32,000 nt of DNA from Candidatus Methanoperedens sp. (GTDB lineage Archaea > Halobacteriota > Methanosarcinia > Methanosarcinales > Methanoperedenaceae), in assembly GCA_027460535.1 (NCBI GenBank), contig JAPZAR010000005.1, forward strand, positions 20,969 to 52,968, in the 5' to 3' direction. Every line of letters starts with the position of its first letter. Position 1 is the first letter of the stretch. The translations under genes were made by a program, and so were the position numbers. Positions 10,127 through 17,670 of the stretch are shown in pieces. Under the pieces are notes generated by a model. It had not been told where the DNA came from and did no database searches. It saw only the letters and a program-made list of their open reading frames with translations.

Positions 10127-10709
10127 TGGCGAAGAATATTTGATTGTTCATCATAAAAATTTGTATGATGAAATAGTTGAAATAATCACTAACATAGATG
10201 CTAGCAGATTAAAAAATAAAATAAGCAAGGAAAAGACCAAAAAAGGAAAATCGCTTTACAGTCCAAGAAATATTAATAAGGAATTTGAAGAGAAGTTTAG
10301 ACCAAAAAATTGGAAAGAAAGCAGATACCAATATTATATTACATTAGATAGAAAATTAATGGAAGAAAGCATTTCCATACCTTATAACGAACAGAAAGAG
10401 TTTTTAATGACGCATGGAGAGAAGAATCCAATTTTTTCTTACAATCAGACAGATTTTGTCAAAGATAAAATTGCTGTAGAAGTACAATTTGGAAAATATC
10501 CATTTGTCGCCTATGATCTATTTGTCAAACATATGCTCTTTTATTCAGGTGGTGTGATTAATTTGGGGATTGAAATATTGCCTACTAAGCTAATGCAGTC
10601 TGAAATGTCATCAGGAGTGGCGTATTATGAAGGGGAAGTATATCACGTATTAAGACACGGTAGAAATAATCCGCCGGTTCCATTGTTGATTTTAGGTGTT
10701 GAACCTTGA
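10095..10709 (+). CDS. Type II restriction endonuclease, BglII/BstYI/BamHI-like fold
   Basis: DFVKDKIAVEVQFGKYPF gives a D-X8-E-X-Q catalytic signature, as in the BglII active site. The downstream IEILPTK... segment resembles the BamHI/BglII core. The gene overlaps the MTase gene by 32 nt. Confidence 0.65.
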   Translation: MKIAQKYSHLNGEEYLIVHHKNLYDEIVEIITNIDASRLKNKISKEKTKKGKSLYSPRNINKEFEEKFRPKNWKESRYQYYITLDRKLMEESISIPYNEQKEFLMTHGEKNPIFSYNQTDFVKDKIAVEVQFGKYPFVAYDLFVKHMLFYSGGVINLGIEILPTKLMQSEMSSGVAYYEGEVYHVLRHGRNNPPVPLLILGVEP

Positions 10710-10986
10710 TCTGAAAAGATACATATCTTTGATACCCTGAAAATTTATCTCAATATGTGCCCGTGCTAAACGATAAGTTATTTACTTAGGAATATTGTTA
10801 TTGAGTTAAATACAAAATGGCAATAAATAACATGAATTATTATAAAATAGGCGTATATTTAGATTGTAAATTAATAGATAAAGCGAATAAAAAATATAAG
10901 CGCTCCTTTTTATAACTTTATAAAAGTCCATTACATACTAAAGAATAGTTTATTAACATTATACAGGATAGAGAATATTGGTTGAA

Positions 10987-12069
10987 ATGAATAATCTGTC
11001 TCATAAGTCTTCTACAGTCGATGAACTGGCTGAAAAGATCAGGCCCTTTTTTTCAGTTTACGATATCCAGCAGCAGGATGATAATATCTATTTCTTTGGG
11101 GTCCCGAAAGAAGATATCAAGTTGATTTACCCAAAACTCTGGTCTGTTTTCGCTGAAAAAGGGTATCAATTCATCCCCAAATATGAATTGGGGGAACACA
11201 TGCTTATAGCCGCGCCCATGAAGCCGGTGCGCGAGCGGCGCTGGATAAATATCGTGCTGGCTCTCGCTACTGTTATTACCACGATGGTCATGGGCTCATT
11301 CCTTTTCGGGGCAGATCCCGTAGGTAATCCTTCGGATGTATTGAAAGGTATCCCTTTCACTATCGCGATCATGACCGTTCTGGGAGCCCATGAAGCAGGG
11401 CATTATATCGTGGCAAAAAAACACGGCATGCACACCTCATTGCCGTATTTCATCCCGTTCCCGAGCCTGATAGGCACGATGGGCGCAGTGATAAAGCACA
11501 GGGGGCCGATACCCAGCCGGGAAGCGCTTTTTGATGTGGGGATATCGGGCCCGCTTATTGGCCTTATTGTCTCGGTTATCGTGACGATCATAGGATTGCT
11601 TCAACCTCCTGTCGCCCATGCATCACAGGGATTCCAGATGCAGCTTGGGCTTCCGCCCCTTTTTGAATTCATCACGCGGTTCATTTCAGTCGACGCCACC
11701 TCCCCGATACATCCGATAGCTTTCGCGGGCTGGGTGGGGATGCTTGTAACCGCTTTAAACCTGATACCGGCGGGGCAGCTCGACGGAGGGCACGTTCTTC
11801 GGGCAATGCTTGGTGAAAAGGCATCGCATATCTCAACCATATTGCCCTTTATACTGATCTCCCTTGGATTTTACGTGACATATTTCCTGAAAAAAGATGG
11901 CTTCATGTGGGTCTTCTGGGGGCTTCTGTTATCCCTGTTCGCGGTGGCGGGACACCCGAAACCCCTTAACGATGATGTCCCGCTTGGCAAAGGGCGAATG
12001 TTGCTTGGAATTGTTACCTTTATTCTGGGGTTACTCTGTATTACATTGACTCCTTTTCAGGTACAATGA
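10987..12069 (+). CDS. Site-2 protease family (M50) intramembrane metalloprotease
   Basis: HEAGHYIVAKKHG (HExxH) lies in a TM helix, and the second M50 motif is NLIPAGQLDGGH. The protein is polytopic. ATG at 10987 is preferred to TTG at 10978. Confidence 0.85.
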   Translation: MNNLSHKSSTVDELAEKIRPFFSVYDIQQQDDNIYFFGVPKEDIKLIYPKLWSVFAEKGYQFIPKYELGEHMLIAAPMKPVRERRWINIVLALATVITTMVMGSFLFGADPVGNPSDVLKGIPFTIAIMTVLGAHEAGHYIVAKKHGMHTSLPYFIPFPSLIGTMGAVIKHRGPIPSREALFDVGISGPLIGLIVSVIVTIIGLLQPPVAHASQGFQMQLGLPPLFEFITRFISVDATSPIHPIAFAGWVGMLVTALNLIPAGQLDGGHVLRAMLGEKASHISTILPFILISLGFYVTYFLKKDGFMWVFWGLLLSLFAVAGHPKPLNDDVPLGKGRMLLGIVTFILGLLCITLTPFQVQ

Positions 12070-12099
12070 CAAATGAAACATACATTTCTAGATTCCGTA

Positions 12100-12295
12100 T
12101 CCGCGTATGCCCGCAGGGCATATCGCGTAGCGATATCCACGTATGGCGGAGCCATACGTCAAGGGTTGCGCCCCTTGAGGACGCGTCCACGTATGCCAGT
12201 ACGCTTGCATACGTGTGCACGGCGTCAACTGACGTGACCGTTGTGCGACGTCAACTGGCGCAACGGTTGACGTGGACGCGCCCTACCGAGGCGCG
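12100..12295 (+). other. GC-rich multi-hairpin non-coding element (candidate structured RNA or REP/MITE-like repeat)
   Basis: At least four perfect stem-loops: 12102-12127 (11 bp with one bulge), 12139-12159 (9 bp), 12160-12177 (6 bp) and 12188-12215 (9 bp). There is also ACCGTTG/CAACGGT (12237-43/12261-67) and a competing 11-bp long-range pairing (12182-92/12270-80). The hexamer CGTATG or its complement occurs five times in about 115 nt. Confidence 0.4.
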
Positions 12296-12373
12296 ACTTA
12301 AAACCACAAATTATTTATGGTAGTAATACTTCAGAGGTGTAAATAATACTCCCAGTAATAATATGGTGATAAA

Positions 12374-13180
12374 ATGTTAGGTGGATTCAGCGAAGAACAG
12401 ATAAGAAGATACTCGCGTCACATCATCCTGCCGGAAGTGGGAGGGAAAGGCCAGAAAAAGCTTCTTTCTTCCAGGGTATTATGCATAGGTGCAGGCGGGC
12501 TTGGTGCCCCAATTATCGAATACCTCGCCGCCGCAGGCATAGGTACGCTTGGGATTATTGATGATGACACGGTTGACCTGAGCAACCTCCAGAGACAGGT
12601 CATTCATGGGGGAAATGTAGGAAAACCCAAAGCAGAGTCAGCGAAACGGTTCATCAACAATCTCAACCCGGACGTCGAGGTCAAAACATATATCGAGAGA
12701 TTGAATGCAAATAATGTGATGGATATTTTCAATGAATATGATATCGTTGTGGATGGCTCGGATAACTTTGCGACAAGATACCTGGTGAATGATGCCTGCG
12801 TGATTACGAACAAACCGCTCTCTCACGGCAGCATATACAGGTTCGAGGGACAGGTCACTACGATAATACCGCACAAAGGACCATGCTATAGATGTCTCTT
12901 TGAGCATGCACCCCCGCCGGGAATGGTGCCGAGCTGCCAGGAAGCGGGCGTACTTGGCGTTCTTCCCGGGATAATCGGTGTCATTCAGGCAACCGAGGTC
13001 ATGAAATATCTGCTCGGGATCGGCGAACTGCTCGTGGGGCGGCTTATTTACTATGACGCGCTCAATATGAGCTTCGATGAGATCAAGGTGCGCTGGAACA
13101 AGAGCTGCCCTGTATGCGGTGAAAAACCTAAGATAACATCGATACAGGAAGAGATATATGGTGAATCGTGCAGGATTTGA
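12374..13180 (+). CDS. ThiF/MoeB/UbaA-family E1-like adenylyltransferase
   Basis: N-terminus RYSRHIILPEVG, nucleotide loop GAGGLG, DDDTVDLSNLQRQ, active-site Cys context SCQEAGVLG, and a Zn site of CYRC plus CPVC. There is no rhodanese domain. Confidence 0.9.
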   Translation: MLGGFSEEQIRRYSRHIILPEVGGKGQKKLLSSRVLCIGAGGLGAPIIEYLAAAGIGTLGIIDDDTVDLSNLQRQVIHGGNVGKPKAESAKRFINNLNPDVEVKTYIERLNANNVMDIFNEYDIVVDGSDNFATRYLVNDACVITNKPLSHGSIYRFEGQVTTIIPHKGPCYRCLFEHAPPPGMVPSCQEAGVLGVLPGIIGVIQATEVMKYLLGIGELLVGRLIYYDALNMSFDEIKVRWNKSCPVCGEKPKITSIQEEIYGESCRI

Positions 13181-13195
13181 GGAAATGGTGAGACA

Positions 13196-13420
13196 ATGGC
13201 GATAGAACTTGATTTAAAGGGCGAGGTCTGCCCGTATACCTTTGTGAAGACAAAGCTGAAACTTGAAGAGCTTGAAAGCGGTGAGGAACTTGCAGTGACA
13301 TTTGACCATGCTCCAGCCGTTGAGAACGTGCCGCGCAGCCTGAAGAACGAAGGTCACAAGATACTCGGGATAGAACAGCAGGGCGACCACCTCTGGAAGG
13401 TAAGGATTCGCAAGGCATGA
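13196..13420 (+). CDS. TusA/SirA-like sulfur carrier protein
   Basis: 74 aa with LDLKGEVCPYTFVKTK, the conserved Cys-Pro at the N-cap of helix 1 in the TusA family. It starts 15 nt after the thiF-like gene. Confidence 0.8.
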   Translation: MAIELDLKGEVCPYTFVKTKLKLEELESGEELAVTFDHAPAVENVPRSLKNEGHKILGIEQQGDHLWKVRIRKA

Positions 13421-13722
13421 AACTCGGGATACTTTTGACCACAAGCCCGGAGAATGAGAATACCAATACAGTTATAGCCATCAGTAAGGCTGCTCTGGGG
13501 CAGGGCCATTCGGTTTCCGTTTTTTTAATGTACGATGGCGTGTACAACGTCCATAAAAAAGAGTTCGTGGAACTGGTGGAAAAAGGGATCGATATAACCG
13601 TGTGTGCGCTGAACGTGGAGCAGCGAAAGGTCAGCAGGGTCGATGACATACTATTCGGGAGCCAGTATGACCATGCGTGCATAGCAAGCGATGTGGACAG
13701 GTTCATATCTTTTGGTGAATAA
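13417..13722 (+). CDS. DsrE/TusD-like sulfur relay protein
   Basis: MKLGILLTTSP...VSVFLMYDGVY plus the conserved Cys context ITVCALNVEQR. ATGA overlap with the TusA-like gene. Confidence 0.7.
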   Translation: MKLGILLTTSPENENTNTVIAISKAALGQGHSVSVFLMYDGVYNVHKKEFVELVEKGIDITVCALNVEQRKVSRVDDILFGSQYDHACIASDVDRFISFGE

Positions 13723-14066
13723 TGAAAAAGATAACAGTGATAGTAAGAAATCTTCCCCTGAACACGCGGAGGAATGCAGAAGCGCTGAGGATGAGCGTGG
13801 GCCTGACGCTGCGTGAGGATAAGGTCACGGTTGTTTTCATGGACGACGGGATTTATACTGCCACCCCGGCCAAGCCCGAGCTGGTCAATTTTAAGCCGAT
13901 GCACAAGGAATTCGAGGCTCTTTCGATGCTGAAATGCCGCCTGCTGGCTGACAGGCCATCCATGGAAAAGAGGGGAATATCCAGCCTTCTTGCGAATGTG
14001 GCTGCGATAGAGCGAGAAGAGATCGTGAAAACGATAACCGAATCCGACATTGTGATACCATTCTAA
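13722..14066 (+). CDS. DsrF/TusC-like sulfur relay protein
   Basis: MKKITVIVRNLPLNTRRNAEALRMSVGL...VVFMDDGIY and the C-terminal ...IVIPF match the TusC/DsrF pattern. It overlaps the previous gene by 1 nt. Confidence 0.7.
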   Translation: MKKITVIVRNLPLNTRRNAEALRMSVGLTLREDKVTVVFMDDGIYTATPAKPELVNFKPMHKEFEALSMLKCRLLADRPSMEKRGISSLLANVAAIEREEIVKTITESDIVIPF

Positions 14067-14068
14067 TT

Positions 14069-14314
14069 ATGAAAATACTGCACATTATCCGGAGCCCGAA
14101 TTATGTAACTCCATTGGAGATAGCAAAAGAACAGAGCAAAGAGCACGATGTGGCGATACTTTTGCTTCATGATGCAGTGTATGCTAAGCCTGAAGGAAAA
14201 GTCTACGCATGCGCGCAGGACGCAGAAGCAAGGGGTGTTTCAGGGCATGAGCGCGTGGGATATGAAAGGATCGTAGAAATGCTTTTCGAATACGATAAGG
14301 TCGTATCCTGGTAG
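14069..14314 (+). CDS. DsrH/TusB-like sulfur relay protein
   Basis: 81 aa with ILLLHDAVYA, DAEARGV and the terminal ...VVSW, typical of the TusB/DsrH family. It starts 2 nt after the previous gene. Confidence 0.7.
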   Translation: MKILHIIRSPNYVTPLEIAKEQSKEHDVAILLLHDAVYAKPEGKVYACAQDAEARGVSGHERVGYERIVEMLFEYDKVVSW

Positions 14315-14376
14315 TTGAGAATAGACTTTATTGAAAATATTCCAAAAGTATATACTTAGTAAGAGTTATCGAAGAT

Positions 14377-15558
14377 ATGGTGGTCGATACGGATTATAAT
14401 GAGGTAGATAATAGAAGCCTTCGTAGCTATGGAATACACGGGGCTCTGGGGCTGCTGATAGGAATTGGCATCGCTGTTCTGATAGCGTTTATTCTTGGCA
14501 TTATGATTTCATTTGCAATCCCTATATATTTTAATCCGGGTTTTCTCCCAGGGTTAGTTTTCGTACTGATTTTTGTGATATACGGGGCCTATGTAGGGCA
14601 TATTCTGGGAGGGAGGGAAGGATCCATACGATTATTAAAAATGGGCCTATTGGCAGGGGTTTTTTCAGGCACTGTGTTCACAGCTTTCCTGGCAGCGAAT
14701 TTGATTGATTTAAGTAACCCATTTAACTATATTTCCGTTTCACTGTTTGTTATTGCAGTATCCATGTTTGCTTTCCCCAGACCGAAAAATATGCTATTGC
14801 TGGTAGCATTTAGTATTTTGGGAAGTGCCCTGGGATATGGTGTATACCTGGTGGGAGATAATATTGCAGCTTACCTCAATAGTGCCCTTGCGGTGAACTT
14901 CATAATAGTATTTATTATAACAACGGTTTTTCTGTTAGTTTCAATAGGAATACCCGGAGCTTCTATAGCTATCGGAATGTATATTTTGGAGGGAACCACT
15001 TATACAAAACATGAAATTCCCATGTTTTTAAAAATATTAAGGATCGTGGGGATTGTCCTAACGCTCATAATACTTCTTGTTGCCTCTATAACGATTGTCA
15101 ATATGGCAAAATATGCAAGTATATCATCGGAAACTCGTATCGCTACAAATGGTGAAAAAACAACGATTTATGTTCCAGTTCTGCTTGATGAGAATGGGAA
15201 AGTGCTGGAAATGTATGAGAAACCCAAGCTGACCGGTGATGCTGCAGCTGAAATAATAGAGACAAACCACGGGAAAGCTCTCAAAATAAGTGGTTCAGGG
15301 GTATTCGCAGTGAGCACGAGTCAGAAGTTCGGAAGGCTTTCTGAAAAAGAAAGCACTGAGCTCGTTAACCGTTTTGTCCTCAGTATGAGCAATACAACGC
15401 ATTTCGGGGTAGGTCAGAGAATGTATGCGTGGATATACTCAGAAAGTGATGTCAACGAATTCCGCATTGATCTTACAATGGATAATGGGAGGGGGAGGAT
15501 ATTATCAATAAATGAGGAACCGATAAAGCTGGCAAAGGGATGGCAGGAAGTCCGGTGA
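14377..15558 (+). CDS. Hypothetical polytopic membrane protein with a C-terminal soluble (probably extracellular) domain
   Basis: 393-aa ORF with about 7-8 hydrophobic helices in the first ~240 aa, then a ~150-aa hydrophilic beta-rich domain. No recognisable motif. Confidence 0.6.
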   Translation: MVVDTDYNEVDNRSLRSYGIHGALGLLIGIGIAVLIAFILGIMISFAIPIYFNPGFLPGLVFVLIFVIYGAYVGHILGGREGSIRLLKMGLLAGVFSGTVFTAFLAANLIDLSNPFNYISVSLFVIAVSMFAFPRPKNMLLLVAFSILGSALGYGVYLVGDNIAAYLNSALAVNFIIVFIITTVFLLVSIGIPGASIAIGMYILEGTTYTKHEIPMFLKILRIVGIVLTLIILLVASITIVNMAKYASISSETRIATNGEKTTIYVPVLLDENGKVLEMYEKPKLTGDAAAEIIETNHGKALKISGSGVFAVSTSQKFGRLSEKESTELVNRFVLSMSNTTHFGVGQRMYAWIYSESDVNEFRIDLTMDNGRGRILSINEEPIKLAKGWQEVR

Positions 15559-15627
15559 GGATATGGCCGTTTGATTCATACTGGCAAAAGCTTTTAATCA
15601 GGAGAATCATTACAAAGGCGAATCAAT

Positions 15628-16500
15628 ATGATAGACATCGCCATCCCAAAAGGAAGCCTTGAAGAACAAACGCTTCTTCTTTTCAAACAGGCAGACCTTG
15701 AGATAAAAAAAACAGACCGGGAATACAATCCGACAATTAAAGACCCGCGAGTAAAAAAGGTAAAGATACTTCGCCCGCAGGAGATACCCAAATATGTGGA
15801 AGAAGGTTACTTTGACCTGGGAATATCAGGAAAGGACTGGGTGATGGAATCGGAATCCGACGTTGTCGAGGTCGCTGATATGATATACAGCAAACAGGGG
15901 GAGGGAACAGTTAAGATCGTCGTGGCGGTGCCGATCGAAAAAGACATCAGGACTGCAAAAGATATTAAATCCGGGAGCAGGGTCTCGACAGAGTATCCCA
16001 AGCTCACAAAAAAATTCTTCGATAACCTTGGCATACCTGTGGACATCCGCTATTCTTATGGTGCGACCGAGGCAAAAGTCCCTGAACTCGTTGACGTGAT
16101 AGTGGATTTGACAGAGACAGGCTCCACGCTTCGCAAAAACGGTTTGAAGATCGTTGATGTCATACTTGAATCCACTACAAAACTGATCGCGAATAAGAAA
16201 AGCTGGAAAGACCCTGTAAAACGCAGGGAGATAGAAGAGATCAAGATCCTGCTGCAGGCTGTACTGGAAGCACGAGGCAAGGTGTTTATCGTTATGAACA
16301 TCCATGAGGACAAACTGGACGGTGTTGTGGGATGCCTTCCTGCCATGAAAAAACCCACGGTCTCGAAACTCTACAAATCAGATTATTATGCTGTGGAGAC
16401 CGTCGTAAGCAAGAGCGAGATCAATACGCTCATCCCAAAACTCAAAAGCCTCGGCGCTGAGGATATCCTCGAAATGGATATAAGCAAAATAGTGCATTGA
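15628..16500 (+). CDS. hisG: ATP phosphoribosyltransferase (long form)
   Basis: N-terminus IAIPKGSLEEQTLLLF and the PRPP-binding signature DLTETGSTLRKNGL, with a C-terminal regulatory domain. 290 aa. Confidence 0.9.
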   Translation: MIDIAIPKGSLEEQTLLLFKQADLEIKKTDREYNPTIKDPRVKKVKILRPQEIPKYVEEGYFDLGISGKDWVMESESDVVEVADMIYSKQGEGTVKIVVAVPIEKDIRTAKDIKSGSRVSTEYPKLTKKFFDNLGIPVDIRYSYGATEAKVPELVDVIVDLTETGSTLRKNGLKIVDVILESTTKLIANKKSWKDPVKRREIEEIKILLQAVLEARGKVFIVMNIHEDKLDGVVGCLPAMKKPTVSKLYKSDYYAVETVVSKSEINTLIPKLKSLGAEDILEMDISKIVH

Positions 16501-16561
16501 AATAATCGAACGAAGATAAGAAGTGCCAGTCTTCACAAGGTCTATCCGGGTTGATACGTGT

Positions 16562-17503
16562 ATGTTAAAAATCACCACGCCATCGCGTCTTCACATTACC
16601 CTTATCGACATGAATGCGGGCATAGGGCGTGTGGACGGCGGTATCGGGCTGACGCTGGAAAAGCCGAACATCGTTATCAATGCTCGGAGATCGGACATTG
16701 TTGAGATCATCGGGAAGAGTGAGCATATTGAACGTATGAGAAATGGCGCTTTGAAACTCCTGCCCGAAGGAGAGGGGATACACATAGAAATAGAACATGA
16801 CTATCCCTCCCACATCGGCCTTGGCTCAGGAACGCAGGCTGCCCTTGCGGCAGGCATGGCAGTGAACAGGCTATACGAATTGAACCTGAGCGTGTACGAA
16901 ATTGCAGTAAAAGTAGGGCGCGGCGGGACAAGCGGTATTGGCGTTGCGGCATTTGAAAGCGGTGGTTTCATACTGGACGGAGGGCACAGGTTCAGCGAGA
17001 AAAAGGATTTTCTCCCATCTTCTGCAAGCGATCTTCCCCCGGCTCCTGTCCTTTTGAGAAATGATTTTCCTGATTGGGATATCGTAATCGCGATCCCGGA
17101 GCATAAAGGAGCATCCCTGAAAAATGAAGTGAACATATTCCAGAAAGAATGTCCGGTGCCCTTAAAAGATGTTGAAAGATTATCCCATATTATCCTGATG
17201 CAGCTTCTTCCTGCGCTTGTGGAGGAGGATATTGTTACATTTGGAAGCGCAATCAATGCGATACAGAAGCTTGGTTTCAAGAAAAAAGAAGTGGAACTCC
17301 AACCTGTTTCCGCGAAGCTGATGGAGGCCCTGAGGGAAGGAGGCGCATACGGTGCAGGTATGAGCTCGTTCGGGCCCACGGTTTACGCTTTCGGAGAGGA
17401 TGCAGAGAACCTGGAAAAAATTGCCCGTGAATTCCTCGGGAAAAAGGGGGAGACATTTATCACAAGAGCGAGGAACGAGGGAGCAAGAACAGAAACCAAA
17501 TGA
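16562..17503 (+). CDS. mptG: Beta-ribofuranosylaminobenzene 5'-phosphate (RFAP) synthase, GHMP-kinase fold, methanopterin biosynthesis
   Basis: MLKITTPSRLHITLIDMNAGIGRVDGGIGLTLEKP is the characteristic N-terminus, and the GHMP motif is PSHIGLGSGTQAALA. ATG at 16562 is preferred to GTG at 16523. Confidence 0.8.
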   Translation: MLKITTPSRLHITLIDMNAGIGRVDGGIGLTLEKPNIVINARRSDIVEIIGKSEHIERMRNGALKLLPEGEGIHIEIEHDYPSHIGLGSGTQAALAAGMAVNRLYELNLSVYEIAVKVGRGGTSGIGVAAFESGGFILDGGHRFSEKKDFLPSSASDLPPAPVLLRNDFPDWDIVIAIPEHKGASLKNEVNIFQKECPVPLKDVERLSHIILMQLLPALVEEDIVTFGSAINAIQKLGFKKKEVELQPVSAKLMEALREGGAYGAGMSSFGPTVYAFGEDAENLEKIAREFLGKKGETFITRARNEGARTETK

Positions 17504-17670
17504 TATTTTTCACCAAACAATGCAATTATCTTGAGGAATCATTTTAAACATTTTTGCAATAATTTCAACCACATCGAGATAGGGAATATGAATTCATAAA
17601 ATCTTATGTTTTACTCAACATTTATCTATAATAGTAGATATGAAAGAATCAAATCCCACGGGAGCTAAAA

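Noticed and set aside
9170..10709. Assigning the R-M system the BglII (AGATCT) or BstYI (RGATCY) specificity
   Set aside because: Only the catalytic-core signature is recognisable by eye. Recognition residues cannot be evaluated, and AGATCT sites are not avoided in the window. Specificity is left open.
12100..12295. Possible tRNA or other small stable RNA gene in the GC-rich hairpin region
   Set aside because: No cloverleaf arrangement, no GTTCRANNC T-loop box and no acceptor-stem pairing could be drawn. The stems are serial hairpins rather than a four-way junction.
12066..12323. 85-aa plus-strand ORF overlapping the stop of the M50 protease gene
   Set aside because: The sequence is made of hairpins and repeated CGTATG/CGTCAAC motifs. 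The translation is Arg/Thr/Ala-rich with no coding periodicity. It is interpreted as a non-coding structured element instead.
13128..13904. 258-aa minus-strand ORF, the largest unassigned ORF in the track
   Set aside because: It lies entirely antisense to four tightly packed, motif-bearing sulfur-relay genes. Its translation is low-complexity (Ser/Pro/His/Cys-rich) with no motif. It is a typical shadow ORF in a GC-richer coding region.
16801..17379. 192-aa minus-strand ORF, together with similar antisense ORFs at 7431-7973, 7970-8269, 18384-18833, 15826-16305 and 6419-6814
   Set aside because: All are antisense or out of frame relative to confidently identified genes (mptG, thiolase, prf1, hisG, HMGCS), and their sequences are compositionally odd. 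They are treated as shadow ORFs.
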